A stretch of DNA of 64,000 nt from Planctomycetota bacterium (GCA_965228735.1 OZ245838.1:5024001-5088000), one strand, 5' to 3'; counted from the first letter of the stretch, positions 1-12,575 are shown. Made by a program: numbers and translations. Notes: generated by a model not told the origin, from the letters alone.

Positions 1-1
1 T

Positions 2-2362
2 GCGACGATCGTCGGTCGGGTCGTCGATCCGGACGGTCCAGTCGAGGGCGCGCTCGTGCGCGCGGCGCGGCTGCCGCCGCTGCCGTTCGGCGTCGTGCCG
101 ATCGAGCGGCTGCGGCCCGACGGCGGGCTCATCGGCACGCCGGGGGATGCGACGACGTTCGTCGAGTTCCCGCCGTGGTTCGAGTCCTTCTGGAGCGCGC
201 TGCCGATCGCGGTGACGCACAGCCGGGCGGACGGTTCGTTTGCGATCCACGGCGTCGATCCGGGCGCGGTCGTCGTCGCGGCGATCGCGCCCGGGCGCGC
301 GAGCCGGTTGCTCGAGAAGGTGCAGACGCGCGCCGGCGAGACGACCGGGGTCGGCGAGCTGCGGTTGCCGTACGGCGCGACGACGAGCGTGTTCGTCGTC
401 GACGCGGCGGGCGAGCCCGTTGCGGATGCGCGGGTCTTCGTCGCGCCGATGAGCATGGGGCTGCCCGTGCACGTCGCCGAACCGGCCGGCACGACCAACG
501 GGGCCGGGCGTGTCGCGGTCGACGGTCTGCCGGTCGGGCGCGCGATCGCGGCGGCGGCCCGGCAGGGCAGCGCGGTCTGGCACTACAGCGAGCCAGCGAG
601 TGCCGAAGGGACGTTGCGCGTCGTGCTCCCCGAGCGTCACACGCTGACGTTGCGGGTGCTCGATCTCGACGGCGCGCCGATCGCGCGGCCCGATGTCCAG
701 CTCGTGCCGGGCGCGGCGGATCACGGTGTCGTCGAGCTGGCGCTGCTGGGCGCGCGCCGGCCGATCGACCTGTCGCGTCGACTCGGGCGTCTGCCCGACG
801 GTCAGCTGCGCATCGCAGAACTCGATGCGGGCGAGTGGACGCTGCTCGTCGGGGCACCGGGCTATGCGACGCACAAGGCGGACCTGACGCTCACCGCGGA
901 CACCGAGCGCACGGTCGAACTGCGCGGTGCGCGTGAACTGCGGGTGCGGACGATCGACCCGCGCGGCGAACCCGTCGCGGATGCGACGATCTACGTGCGG
1001 TCGCGCGGTGAGTCGCGCAACGTGCGACTCATCGAACTGCCGCGGCCGGTCGGGCGCACGCGCGAGGATGGTTGGCTCTCGATCTCGGACCTGCCGACGA
1101 CGACGACGCGCATCACGGCCGAGCATCCGCTGTACGGGCAGGTGCATCGCGAGGTCGACGGGACGCCGGGCGAGCTCGAGCTCTTGTTCGAGGAGGCCGC
1201 GTCGATCACGGGCGTTCTCACGGACGGCGGGCGACCGCCGGAGCCGGGCCGCTGGGTCATGGTGCTCGAACGGCGCTACGGTGACGGCGAGCTGCGGCGC
1301 GGTGCGATGCCCGACATGCCGCAACTCACGGTGCCCGACCTCGAGGGCAACTTCCGCTTCGCGGCGCTGCAGCCCGGCAAGTGGCGCGTGACGGCGCAGG
1401 ACTCCGTGGCCGACGTCTCGACCGTCGCGGGTTTCATGGAGTACAGCGCGCGGCGCAAGCAGATCTTCCCGTGGAACAAGGCGGAGGTGCTGCTGCAGGG
1501 CGGCGAACGCGCGGAGGTGCGCCTCGACGCGATCGTCGACGCGACGCCGTTCGATGGTCCGGGGGCGTTCGTGCGTGGCTCCGTCGTGCTCGACGGTGCG
1601 CCTGCGATCGGCGCGGTCGTCGTCGGCACGTCGAAGAAGCCCGAACGGCGCGTGACGAGTCGCGTCGACGGCGGCGGCTGGTTCGAGCTCGGGCGGGTGC
1701 CGGCGGGCGAACTGCGGCTCGTCGTCGTATCGCAGGAGGTCGCCGACAGTCGGTTGCGGGAGAACGTCTTCAACCACCTCTGGGCTCGCGATCTTCGGAT
1801 CACGGCGGACGAGCCGCGCGACATTCGCGTCGTGCTCGATACCGGCGTCGTGTTCGGTCACGTCACGAACGAGCACGGGCAGCCGGCTTCGGACTGTCGC
1901 ATGCGGATCTTCGACCGCGGCGGCGACGGGCGATCGAGTTCGATGCGCAGCGCGCGGTCGAAGGCCGGCGCGTTCCGTTTTGAGGCCGTGCCCGCGGGCC
2001 ATTACGAACTGCTCGCGGAGAGTGACACGGGGCGCGCCGTGCGCGGCGGCGTCGTGGTCACGAGCGGCGGGGTCGTCGGGCCGATCGATCTCGTGATGCA
2101 GCCGTTCGCGCGGCTGGCCGGGCAGGTGCTGCAGGACAACGCGCCGCCGCCGCGCGGCAGCTCACTGCGGCTGTATCCGGCAGGCGGTGGCCACACGCTG
2201 CGGCGGGGGCTCGAAAAGGACGGTTCGTTCGCGTTCGACCGGATCGTGGCCGGCGACTATCGCGGTGAACTGCGAACACCGAGTCGTGAACTCGATCTCG
2301 GCAATGTGCGCGTGCTCGCGCCGGTGACCGCCGGGGTCACGCTCCGGGCGTCGACACGGTGA
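2..2362 (+). CDS. Carboxypeptidase-regulatory-like (transthyretin-like beta-sandwich) repeat protein, 5'-truncated by the window edge
   Basis: Frame open from position 2 (ATIVGRVVDPDGPVEGA...). Recurrent 'GxVxDxxGxPxxxAxV...TDxxGxFxhxxLxxGxY/W' units. Confidence 0.8.
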   Translation, partial: ATIVGRVVDPDGPVEGALVRAARLPPLPFGVVPIERLRPDGGLIGTPGDATTFVEFPPWFESFWSALPIAVTHSRADGSFAIHGVDPGAVVVAAIAPGRASRLLEKVQTRAGETTGVGELRLPYGATTSVFVVDAAGEPVADARVFVAPMSMGLPVHVAEPAGTTNGAGRVAVDGLPVGRAIAAAARQGSAVWHYSEPASAEGTLRVVLPERHTLTLRVLDLDGAPIARPDVQLVPGAADHGVVELALLGARRPIDLSRRLGRLPDGQLRIAELDAGEWTLLVGAPGYATHKADLTLTADTERTVELRGARELRVRTIDPRGEPVADATIYVRSRGESRNVRLIELPRPVGRTREDGWLSISDLPTTTTRITAEHPLYGQVHREVDGTPGELELLFEEAASITGVLTDGGRPPEPGRWVMVLERRYGDGELRRGAMPDMPQLTVPDLEGNFRFAALQPGKWRVTAQDSVADVSTVAGFMEYSARRKQIFPWNKAEVLLQGGERAEVRLDAIVDATPFDGPGAFVRGSVVLDGAPAIGAVVVGTSKKPERRVTSRVDGGGWFELGRVPAGELRLVVVSQEVADSRLRENVFNHLWARDLRITADEPRDIRVVLDTGVVFGHVTNEHGQPASDCRMRIFDRGGDGRSSSMRSARSKAGAFRFEAVPAGHYELLAESDTGRAVRGGVVVTSGGVVGPIDLVMQPFARLAGQVLQDNAPPPRGSSLRLYPAGGGHTLRRGLEKDGSFAFDRIVAGDYRGELRTPSRELDLGNVRVLAPVTAGVTLRASTR

Positions 2363-2475
2363 GCCGCAGCGGGGCGAAAGTGCGAATGTCCCGCCGTGGC
2401 AAACCACGGTTTATTCACGGTGCGCGCCCTTGAGGCAAAGGGGCCGCCGGGTTCCGATTTCGCTGCCTAGAAACC

Positions 2476-3978
<1,503 letters not shown>

Positions 3979-4028
3979 CGGGGCGGTGCCGGTGCCGAAC
4001 CCGTTTCGAATCCGCCACCGCGCGCCCG

Positions 4029-7000
4029 CTACCCGTCGCCGGGCAGCAGCGGCAGCCCGCTCTCGCCGAGTGCGTCGCGGAACGCCTGCATCGCGCCCTG
4101 CTCGAACTCGGTCACGGCATCGACGATCGCCTGCATGCGCTTCGGCGCGCGGCCGACGTGCAGCAGCTCGGTCGCCTGCACCTTGCCCGGGGTGCGGTTG
4201 ACCCGCAGCTCGGCGAAGAAGCGCGACATCAGCGCGTCCGACGTATCGACGATGCCCTGGCGGTCGCGCTCGCCCCAGAGCGTCTCCTCGAGTTCGTCGA
4301 TGGCCTTCTGCGCGTCCTTGTGCGCTTCCTTCAGCGCTTCGAACGGGTCGTCCTCGCCCTTCTTCACCTCGGGTTCGAGCGCGAGGCGCCGCTTCACGAA
4401 GTCGAGGTCGCGCTTCATCCGCGCGAGCTTCTGCGTCGTCGGGCGCAGCTCGGCGCGCAGGTCCTCGACCCGCGCGAGCAACTCGTCGCGCGCCTCGCGG
4501 TCGGCCATCGGCACGTCGACGCGCGGGTCGGGGCGGACCTCGACCCTGGTCGTCTGCGACTCGCCCTGGAAGTGCACCGTGACGTCGTAGACGCCGGGCA
4601 GCACCTCGCGGCCGCCGGGCGGCAGCTTCGGCTCCTTCTGCAGCGTGCGGCCCGGTCCGGGTTTGCCGTCGCGTTCGAGCCGCCAGATGACGCGGTTGAA
4701 GCCGAGGTGGACCTTACGGGTGAACGTGCGGATCACCGTGCCCTCCGCGTCGCGGACCTCGACCTTGACCTCGTCCTTGGCCGGGCCGTCGTCGTCCTTC
4801 TTCTCCTTCTCGGCCTTCTCGGCGGCCTCGTCGGTCGCTTCCTCGGAGCTCTCGCTCTCGTCCCCCTCTTTCGAGTCCTTCTTCTTGCTGGCCTTCATCG
4901 CCGCCCGCCGCTCCTTCTCCTCGTCGGGATCGGGGTGCTTCAGCTCGTCGGCGTTGACGATCAGGTCGAGCATCGCGCCGCGCGCCTTCGTCGGGCCGCG
5001 GAACTCGCCGTTGCCTGGGAAGCGCGTGCTCGGCGACTGTTGCGTCTCGTACGCGATCGCGGGCTGCGCGTCGAACAGGTGCAGCTTCTTGCCGAGGACC
5101 TCCGGCGTCAGTCCGCGCAGCACGGTCGGGTTGTCGAGCACGAAGATCGCGCGGCCGTGCGAGCCGACGACGAGGTCGCCCGTGCGCGGCTGCGTGGTGA
5201 TCGCCATCGCCGAGCACGTCGGCACGCCGTGCGTCCACTTCTGCCACGCCTTGCCGCCGTCGACGGAGACGAAAAGCCCGAACTCGGTGCCGACCCACAG
5301 CAGGTCTTGGTGCATCGGGTCCTGCTCGATCACGAGGCAGTAGCCGTCGATGTCGTCCGTCGCGAGTGACGTCCACGTCACGCCGTAGTCCGTCGTCTGG
5401 TAGACGTACGGCGTCCAGTCGAACGTGCGGTGACCGTCGAACACCGCGTACGCCGTGCCGGCGTCGAACTTGCTGGCCTCGATGTGCGGGCACCACGTGT
5501 GCCGCGGCAGACCCGGGATCGCGTCCTCGCAGCTGCGCCAGCTGCTGCCGCCGTCCTTGCTCACGTGCACGCGCCCGTCGTCGGTGCCGACCCAGAGCAC
5601 GCCCTGCTGCTTCGGGCTGCACGCGATCGTGATGATCGAGCAGTAGTTCTCGGCGCCGGTCGCATCGAGCGACAGGCCGCCGCTCTCGTCCTGCTTCTGC
5701 CACTCGGGGTTGTTCGTCGTGAGGTCGGGCGAGATCACGTTCCAGCTGTCGCCGCGATCGCTGCTCCGGTGCACGAACTGACTGCCGTAGTAGATCGTCC
5801 CGGCGTCGAACGGATCCTGCGCGATCGCCGCGTTCCAGTTGAAGCGCAGCTTCGTGTCCGCGTCGGGTGCCGGCGGCTTGATGCGCGTCTGCGAGCCCGT
5901 GCGCAGATCCCAGCGCAGCAGGTTGCCGCCCTGGCTCATCGCGTAGCCCTGTTGGCTGTCGTCCGGGAACGGCAGCGTGGCGAAGCCGTCACCGAACGCG
6001 ACCTCCTGCCAGTGCAGATTGCGGATGCCGCCGTTCTCCCAGACCGTCGACGGACCGCGCCAGCTGCCGTTGTCCTGCAGTCCGCCGTAGACGTTGAACG
6101 GCTCCTCGTCGTCGACCGCGACGTGATAGAACTGCGCGAGCGGCAGGTTGCGGCAGAAGCGCCACGTGTTGCCGCGATCGAGGCTCGTGTAGACGCCGCC
6201 GTCGTTGCCGAGCAGGATGCGTTGCGGGTCGGTCGGATCGATCCACATCGAGTGGTGATCCGGGTGCGCGTCGCCCCAGCCGACGAGGCCGGAGAACGAC
6301 TTGCCGCCGTCCGTCGACACGTCGATCGTCGTGTGCAGGTTGTAGACCCGGTCCGGGTCGTGCGAATCGACGCGGATGTCACAGAAGTAGAACGGCCTCG
6401 GCGCGATGCTGTCGCCGCGGTTGACCGTCGAGAACGAGTGGCCGCCGTCGGTGCTGCGCAGCAGCACGCTCTTCTTCGCCTCGACGAGCGCGTAGACGAT
6501 GTGCGGCGCGCTGCGCGCGATCGCCATGCTGACGCGGCCGAGCTTGCCCTTCGGCAGGCCGTCGTCGCTGCCGAGCTTCGTCCACGTCTTGCCCCCGTCG
6601 AGCGAGCGGTGAATGCCCGAACCCTCGCCACCCGAATCGAAGAAGTGCGGCGTGCGGCGGTGCTGCCACATCGTCGCGAACATCTTGTTGGGGTTGCTCG
6701 CGTCGATGACGAAGTCGCTGCAGCCCGTCGACTCGTCGACGTAGAGCACCTTGTCCCACGTCTTGCCGCCGTCGCTCGTGCGGTAGAGGCCGCGGTCCTC
6801 GGAGTCGTTCCAGCTCGTGCCGAGCGCTGCCACGAACGCGACGTCGGGATCGTCCGGATGCAGCACGACCCGGTGGATCTTCTCGGTCTTCTCGAGCCCG
6901 AGGTGCTCCCACGTCTTGCCGCCATCGCGCGTGCGATAGACGCCGCGGCCGACGCTCGCCGAATTGCGCGGGTTGCCCTCACCCGTGCCCACCCAGACGA

Positions 7001-7328
7001 CGTCGGGCGACCGCGGATCGATCGCGATCGCGCCGATCGACGTGCAGTTCTGATCGTCGAAGACGGGCGTGAACCGCACGCCGCTGTCCGTCGACTTCCA
7101 CAGTCCGCCGCTCGCCGCGCCGGCCCAGACGATGCGCGGATCACCGGGCACGGAGGCGACGGCGCCGATGCGCCCGCTGCAGACCGCGGGCCCGATCGCG
7201 CGGGCCTTCAGGTCCTTCAGCAGGGTCAGATCGAGAACGGGCTGCGGCGCGGCCGAACTCGGTTCCTGGGCGACCGAACCGGCGATCAACAGTGCAGAAG
7301 CGACAATGGCATGGCGGGCGTGCTGCAT
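4029..7328 (-). CDS. Secreted VPS10/BNR (Asp-box) repeat glycosyl-hydrolase-like protein
   Basis: Signal peptide ending SVAQ. Many S/T-x-D-x-G-x-T/S-W/F Asp boxes. Motifs DHH, GNDGG, GGLQDNG, RFNWN, GTDDG. Confidence 0.88.
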   Translation of the reverse strand: MQHARHAIVASALLIAGSVAQEPSSAAPQPVLDLTLLKDLKARAIGPAVCSGRIGAVASVPGDPRIVWAGAASGGLWKSTDSGVRFTPVFDDQNCTSIGAIAIDPRSPDVVWVGTGEGNPRNSASVGRGVYRTRDGGKTWEHLGLEKTEKIHRVVLHPDDPDVAFVAALGTSWNDSEDRGLYRTSDGGKTWDKVLYVDESTGCSDFVIDASNPNKMFATMWQHRRTPHFFDSGGEGSGIHRSLDGGKTWTKLGSDDGLPKGKLGRVSMAIARSAPHIVYALVEAKKSVLLRSTDGGHSFSTVNRGDSIAPRPFYFCDIRVDSHDPDRVYNLHTTIDVSTDGGKSFSGLVGWGDAHPDHHSMWIDPTDPQRILLGNDGGVYTSLDRGNTWRFCRNLPLAQFYHVAVDDEEPFNVYGGLQDNGSWRGPSTVWENGGIRNLHWQEVAFGDGFATLPFPDDSQQGYAMSQGGNLLRWDLRTGSQTRIKPPAPDADTKLRFNWNAAIAQDPFDAGTIYYGSQFVHRSSDRGDSWNVISPDLTTNNPEWQKQDESGGLSLDATGAENYCSIITIACSPKQQGVLWVGTDDGRVHVSKDGGSSWRSCEDAIPGLPRHTWCPHIEASKFDAGTAYAVFDGHRTFDWTPYVYQTTDYGVTWTSLATDDIDGYCLVIEQDPMHQDLLWVGTEFGLFVSVDGGKAWQKWTHGVPTCSAMAITTQPRTGDLVVGSHGRAIFVLDNPTVLRGLTPEVLGKKLHLFDAQPAIAYETQQSPSTRFPGNGEFRGPTKARGAMLDLIVNADELKHPDPDEEKERRAAMKASKKKDSKEGDESESSEEATDEAAEKAEKEKKDDDGPAKDEVKVEVRDAEGTVIRTFTRKVHLGFNRVIWRLERDGKPGPGRTLQKEPKLPPGGREVLPGVYDVTVHFQGESQTTRVEVRPDPRVDVPMADREARDELLARVEDLRAELRPTTQKLARMKRDLDFVKRRLALEPEVKKGEDDPFEALKEAHKDAQKAIDELEETLWGERDRQGIVDTSDALMSRFFAELRVNRTPGKVQATELLHVGRAPKRMQAIVDAVTEFEQGAMQAFRDALGESGLPLLPGDG

Positions 7329-7411
7329 GGCTCGCGGACCATACGCGGAGCCCCGGGCGCCGGTGAGGGAGTTTGGTGCCACGGATGCAACGCCCTTGCG
7401 CTGTGCGCGTC

Positions 7412-7744
7412 ATGGTGCCTCTGACCGGGTTTCGCCGCAGCGTCGTCCGCCGCGTGGCCGGCCTCGCACTGCTGCTGGCGCTCTGCGGCGGCAGCACCGG
7501 CTGCACCCTCGTCAAACCGATGGTCGGCGCCGTCACGGGCCCGATCTACGCGGTCGGCGCGACCGGCGTGCCGGTCGGATGCGGCTGCCGCGACGGCTGC
7601 GGCGTCGCGCTCTACTTCCTCGGTGCGGCGGCCGTCGGCGCGGTCGCGGGTCTGGTGACAGGTGTCATCAGTGACGTGCGGGTTCTGACTGGCCATGCGC
7701 GCGAGCCGGTCGAGAACTGGTGGAACCCGTTCGACACGAACTGA
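7412..7744 (+). CDS. Small putative lipoprotein/membrane protein
   Basis: Basic N-terminus, hydrophobic stretch, STGC lipobox-like motif, second hydrophobic helix. Confidence 0.6.
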   Translation: MVPLTGFRRSVVRRVAGLALLLALCGGSTGCTLVKPMVGAVTGPIYAVGATGVPVGCGCRDGCGVALYFLGAAAVGAVAGLVTGVISDVRVLTGHAREPVENWWNPFDTN

Positions 7745-7861
7745 GTCCGCCGTCGACTATCCGGCGACGACGAGATCGAGGCCGGCGGTCAGCGTGATAC
7801 GCGAGTCGCGCATCCTGGAATTCATGTAGCAGCGTCGACGCTCTCGACGTTGAAGCGCTGA

Positions 7862-10800
7862 ATGCCACGCCGGGATCGCAATGACACAAGCCGGCGACCG
7901 ACCCCGGGCAGCGAGCCCGCGGACGTCGAGGCGACGTTCGCGCGCTATCAGCGCACCGGCGCGCCCGATGCGCTCGGCGCCGTGTTCGACGCGACTGCGG
8001 GCGAACTGTTTCGGGTCGCGAGCCATCTCGCCCCCGACCTTCACGCTGCCGAGGACCTCGTGCAGGCGACGTTCCTCGCGGCGATCGAGCGGCGCGATCG
8101 CTATCGGCCCGAGGGTGCAGGCGTGCTCGCATGGTTGCTCGGGATCCTGGCCAACCGCGCGCGGCGGCTGCACGCGCAGCGCGTTCCGGATCCGGCGCGG
8201 GTAGATTCGCGGCGGGCGCCGGATGATCCGGCGGCGATCGCGGCAGGTCGCGAGATCGATGACCATCTGACGCGCGCCGTCGAGGGGCTGCACGAGCCGT
8301 ACCGGGTCGTGCTGCGCATGCACTTGCGGCACGGCTTGCCGGCCAACGAGATCGCGCTGCTTCTGGAGCGGCCGCCGGGAACGGTCCGCACGCAGCTCGT
8401 TCGGGGCATGGAGCTGCTTCGCCGCGCGCTGCCGGCGGGCATCGCGGTCGGAGCGGCGTTCGTTGCCACCCCACTGCGTGGCATGCAGGCGATTCGAGAG
8501 GTCGTGAGTGACGCAGCTCGAGCCGCTGTCGGGTCGACAGCAGGTGGCGTCGCCGCAGGCGCCGGAGCCCTGGCGCTCGGAGGAGTGATCATGCAGAAGG
8601 TCGTGCTGAGTGCCGTCGTGGCCGCGGCAGTTCTCCTCGGTTGGGTGTTCTGGCCCGACGATGGCAATGATGCTGGCGCGCACCCTGGCCTGATCGCCGG
8701 TCGCGCCTCCGAAGCGATCGCTGCGAACCGTCACGACCGTGCTGCTCGGTCGCCGACTGCGCCCGACGTTCGCGATCCGGTCCGCGAGAGTGCCGACTCC
8801 GTCGCGAATGCAGGTAAGGCCGCGTTGATCGGCCGTGGCCTCGCACGTGTATCCGGCCGGCTCCTCGACCGCACGGACCGCCGCCCGCTCGCCGGCGTGC
8901 CCCTCCGCCTCGTGCGGCTCAACCAACTCGGGCTCGAGAACGCGGGTCGCGCGCAGTCCGACGAACGGGTGAGGCAGCACCGCGTCAGTGATGCCGAGGG
9001 TCGGTTCGTGTTCGACGTCGCTGTCGATCCCCGCTGGTTTCAGCGGTTGACCGTGTCGGCCGCCGAGCACGCCGAGATCCGAATGACGATCGTGCCGCCG
9101 GAGCCGGGCGCCGTCGAGCTCGGTGACGTGCTCGTTCCCAGGCTCACGGACATCACAGGTCGTGTGATCGACGCGACGGGGCGAGCCGTTGGCGGGGCCC
9201 GCGTGTTCTTCGAACCTGCCGAAGAGGAGATGGACAACCAGCGGCCCGCGTACGGCTTCGTGTTCAACTGCATGTGCGACGCCCAAGGTGAGTTCAAGGC
9301 CCCGGAGCGCTACGCCGCAGCGCCATGGCGGGTCGAAGTGCGGCGCTGTGGCATGCCGACGACGAGTCGGTTCGATCTCGCCGATCCGACCACCACACTG
9401 CCGCTGCGGATCGTCGTGCCAGCCGCCGAGGACCTGCAGTTCATTGGCGGGACGGTTCGCGATGCGACGGGAGCACCGGTGGCCAACGCCGACGTGAGCC
9501 TGGTGCAGGAGGGGCTGAAGACCGTCTACACGGATCCCGACGGTCGGTTCCGCTGCGCACGGATGCGCGGCAAGGGGGCCGATGCGACCGACATGGTCGT
9601 GCGACACTCCAAGTTCGATGCCTGGCGCGGCCAGGTCGAGTGGGGCAATGAGGCGGTGGGCGTGGTTCTCGAGGGTCGCGCCCAGGGCGAGCTCGAGATC
9701 GAGGTCGTGCACGCCGCTACGGGTGAGCCCGTCGAGGAGTTCGGCGTCTACGTGCGCGGCGACCCTCTTCGTATGAAGGGAACGCAGAAGAAACGGCCGC
9801 GGCCAGGCCACCACGCGGACGGTCGGTTCCGGATCGGCGGCCTGCGCCAGGGGGCGCACCTGGTCCAGGTCGTGCCGGCTGACGACACGATGGCCGCATC
9901 GGCCGTACACGAGGTGAGCGTGACGGGTGATGCGAGGCTGCGCGTCGAACTGCATCCGAACACGCCACGCTCGATCGTTATCGTTCACGGTGCCGGCGCG
10001 CCCGTCGTCGGCTCGCGCGTCACCTGGATCGCGGCCGTTCGCGATGTGCCGCTGCGCCCCGAGACTCGAGTTACCGCCAGCCTGGACCTCTTGACCTCGT
10101 CGGTCAGCTCGAGACCGGGGCACCTCGAGACGTGGTCGGAAGCGCTGCTGCTGCAGCGTGCGGAGACCGACGAGCGTGGCACCGTGGTGTTGCGTGGCGG
10201 TCCGCATCCGCGCATGGCGTTGCACGTCGAAGGGCCCGATCACCTGCCGCTGTTCGTGGACGAGTTTGAATTCGATGCGGCAGGGCCAACGCGCGTCACG
10301 GTCCAGGCCGGCGCCAGCATCGCGGGTCGAGTCGAGCCGGCCCGGGTTGCAGAGGAGCTGCGGGCTGGAATGTGGTTGGTCGACGTCGATGACCCGATGC
10401 GGCAGATTCCGATGGCGAAGACCGCCTCGCTCGTCGAAGCGCAGCCGATCGCGGTCGACGGGACGTTCCGGTTTCCGCAAGTTCCGGCTGGTCGATGGCG
10501 ACTCCACCTGGCGTTCTCTCACTCGGGTCTTTCGCGCCTCGTGCCGTTGACGGCGGTCACGGTCGCGGCCCAGGGCGGCAGCCTCGACGTGGGGGCTGTG
10601 GACATCGAGCAGCTTCAGCCCGGCCGTTTGGGCGGTCGGATCCTCGTCGACGGCTCACCGTTGGCGAATGGTAGTCTCGAGATCCGGCCTGACGCGGGAA
10701 CGACGAAGGACGCCGTGCCGCTCAACCTGAACGGCCGTCCGACCATCCTGGGTGTTCGCGGGACCCAAGGATCGACCGATGCCCTCGGGCACTTCGAGAT

Positions 10801-11218
10801 CCCACTCGTCCGCGGCAGGTACGCGTTGCACGCGGTGATCCAGAAGGAGGACGGCTCAAGCGTGCGCCTGAAGGCACCGTGGGTCGAGATCACCCCGGGC
10901 GTCGCGCGCGACGAGGTGTTCGTGTTGCGTCACATCAGGCTGCGTGTTCGCGTCCTCGATTCGCGAGGCGAGCCCGTGGCGAAACGCCGTTGCTCGATCG
11001 AAGACTACGGCCGGCATCGAACCGACGCCGCCGGCTGGATCACACTCGACCCGGCACCGCTCGAGCCGTTCTTGCTGCGAGTCCAGCCGGCGCCGCCGCC
11101 CGGAGGCTGGCCGGACGTGTGGTCCGCGGCGCAGGCCACGCCGATCGTCTTGGGGCCCGTCGCCGTGCCCCTCGAGGATATCGCCGAAGTGACATTGCAG
11201 TTGTCCGGTCCGAAGTGA
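7862..11218 (+). CDS. ECF sigma-70 factor fused to a TM helix and carboxypeptidase-regulatory-like repeats
   Basis: Sigma2 (AEDLVQATF...WLLGILANRAR), sigma4 (EIALLLERPPGTVRTQLVRG), Ala/Gly linker, TM helix, then repeated beta-sandwich units. Confidence 0.9.
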   Translation: MPRRDRNDTSRRPTPGSEPADVEATFARYQRTGAPDALGAVFDATAGELFRVASHLAPDLHAAEDLVQATFLAAIERRDRYRPEGAGVLAWLLGILANRARRLHAQRVPDPARVDSRRAPDDPAAIAAGREIDDHLTRAVEGLHEPYRVVLRMHLRHGLPANEIALLLERPPGTVRTQLVRGMELLRRALPAGIAVGAAFVATPLRGMQAIREVVSDAARAAVGSTAGGVAAGAGALALGGVIMQKVVLSAVVAAAVLLGWVFWPDDGNDAGAHPGLIAGRASEAIAANRHDRAARSPTAPDVRDPVRESADSVANAGKAALIGRGLARVSGRLLDRTDRRPLAGVPLRLVRLNQLGLENAGRAQSDERVRQHRVSDAEGRFVFDVAVDPRWFQRLTVSAAEHAEIRMTIVPPEPGAVELGDVLVPRLTDITGRVIDATGRAVGGARVFFEPAEEEMDNQRPAYGFVFNCMCDAQGEFKAPERYAAAPWRVEVRRCGMPTTSRFDLADPTTTLPLRIVVPAAEDLQFIGGTVRDATGAPVANADVSLVQEGLKTVYTDPDGRFRCARMRGKGADATDMVVRHSKFDAWRGQVEWGNEAVGVVLEGRAQGELEIEVVHAATGEPVEEFGVYVRGDPLRMKGTQKKRPRPGHHADGRFRIGGLRQGAHLVQVVPADDTMAASAVHEVSVTGDARLRVELHPNTPRSIVIVHGAGAPVVGSRVTWIAAVRDVPLRPETRVTASLDLLTSSVSSRPGHLETWSEALLLQRAETDERGTVVLRGGPHPRMALHVEGPDHLPLFVDEFEFDAAGPTRVTVQAGASIAGRVEPARVAEELRAGMWLVDVDDPMRQIPMAKTASLVEAQPIAVDGTFRFPQVPAGRWRLHLAFSHSGLSRLVPLTAVTVAAQGGSLDVGAVDIEQLQPGRLGGRILVDGSPLANGSLEIRPDAGTTKDAVPLNLNGRPTILGVRGTQGSTDALGHFEIPLVRGRYALHAVIQKEDGSSVRLKAPWVEITPGVARDEVFVLRHIRLRVRVLDSRGEPVAKRRCSIEDYGRHRTDAAGWITLDPAPLEPFLLRVQPAPPPGGWPDVWSAAQATPIVLGPVAVPLEDIAEVTLQLSGPK

Positions 11219-11272
11219 CCGATGCGAGCGCCGCCGCCACGGTCGGCCCCGGCCTTCGAACCGTCAGGCCAA

Positions 11273-11680
11273 CTAACCCGCCCAGGTGATCGTCACCTCG
11301 GACTCGATGTCCGGGTGCAGGCTCTTGTGCACGGGGCACGCGCGGGCCGCAGCTTCGAGCTTCTTCTTCTCGTCGTCGGTGAACGTGCCCTTGACCGTCA
11401 CGTTGACGGGCAGCTTGCCGATGCGGCGCGGGCTCTCGTTCATGTGCTTCTCGACCTCGACGCTCGCGCCCGAGAAGTCGATCTCGTTGCGCTTCGCGAC
11501 GATCGCCATCGTCGTCATGACGCACGTGCCGAGCGCGGTCGCGACGAGGTCGGTGGGGGAGAAGTAGCGGCCGAGGCCCATGTTGTCCTTGGGCGCGTCG
11601 GTCGAGAGCTGGTTGCCGGACGGGCCGTGCGTGGCTTCGCAGCAGAGGTCGCCTTGGTAGGTGGCGGTGATCTTGACCAT
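11273..11680 (-). CDS. OsmC family protein
   Basis: TDAP...FSPTDLVATALGTC and CPVHKSL; two conserved Cys. Confidence 0.92.
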   Translation of the reverse strand: MVKITATYQGDLCCEATHGPSGNQLSTDAPKDNMGLGRYFSPTDLVATALGTCVMTTMAIVAKRNEIDFSGASVEVEKHMNESPRRIGKLPVNVTVKGTFTDDEKKKLEAAARACPVHKSLHPDIESEVTITWAG

Positions 11681-11705
11681 GGTTGGTGGACTCGCGGTAT
11701 GAGGG

Positions 11706-12575
11706 TCAGGGTTTGGAGAGGAGTTCGTAGGCGCGCTGGATCTCGTGGAAGCGTTCGGTCGCTTCGCGCTGCGCCGCGTCGCCGAGGTGGCTGTGGCGGT
11801 CGGGGTGGAACTGCTTCACGAGTTCGCGGTGACGGCGGCGGATCTGTTCGGGTTTGGCAGTGCGCGGTAGACCGAGCGTCTCGTAGGCGAGCGCGCGTTC
11901 ATCGACGCTCGGTCTCGCGCCGGTGCCGTTCTGTCGATTGTTCGACCAGCGGGAGCCGCGCTGGCCCGGGTTCTGGAACTGCGCCTTCGCGAGATGGAAC
12001 AGCATCCGCGCGCGATACTTCGTGATGCCGAGGCCGCTCGCGACCTCCTGCAGCGCCGTGTGCTCCTCGGGCTTGAAGCGGCCGTCGGAGAACGCGACGA
12101 GGCAGCACCAGCAGAACAGCGTGTCGATCTCGGTGTCGTCGAGGCCGGTCGCGATGCGCGCCGCGAGGCCGCTGCGGTCGTTGACGGCGAACGGCTGCGC
12201 CTCCCACGCGCGGAACTCGCCCTGGTGCACCGGGTCGGCGAAGCGCGCGAGGACGAAGTGTCGCACCGCCTCGCGTTCCTTCTGGCTCATCGGGCCGTCG
12301 GCCTGCGCGACGGCGGCGAGCAGGTAGTAGATGCGGCGCGGCAGCGACGCGCGCAAGAACGTGCGGTTGGCGTCGTCGCCCCAGCGCCGGCGCGCGTGCA
12401 CCTCGCGCGTCAGCAGCCGGATCATCGGCCCGATCGAGTTCATCGCGAGGATGAAGCCGCCGATGCCGAGGATCACCGCGAGCGGCCCCGGCAGCCGACC
12501 GGTGCCCGCGATGACGATCAGCAGGGCGCCGATCGCACATCGGCCGTACCAGTATTGGGGCGAGGTGCGCAGCAT
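11706..12575 (-). CDS. DjlA-like co-chaperone (TM + TerB-like + C-terminal J domain)
   Basis: N-terminal TM helices, ADG/SDG TerB-like motifs, AYETLGL...FHPD...IQRAYELL J domain. Start codon approximate. Confidence 0.88.
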   Translation of the reverse strand: MLRTSPQYWYGRCAIGALLIVIAGTGRLPGPLAVILGIGGFILAMNSIGPMIRLLTREVHARRRWGDDANRTFLRASLPRRIYYLLAAVAQADGPMSQKEREAVRHFVLARFADPVHQGEFRAWEAQPFAVNDRSGLAARIATGLDDTEIDTLFCWCCLVAFSDGRFKPEEHTALQEVASGLGITKYRARMLFHLAKAQFQNPGQRGSRWSNNRQNGTGARPSVDERALAYETLGLPRTAKPEQIRRRHRELVKQFHPDRHSHLGDAAQREATERFHEIQRAYELLSKP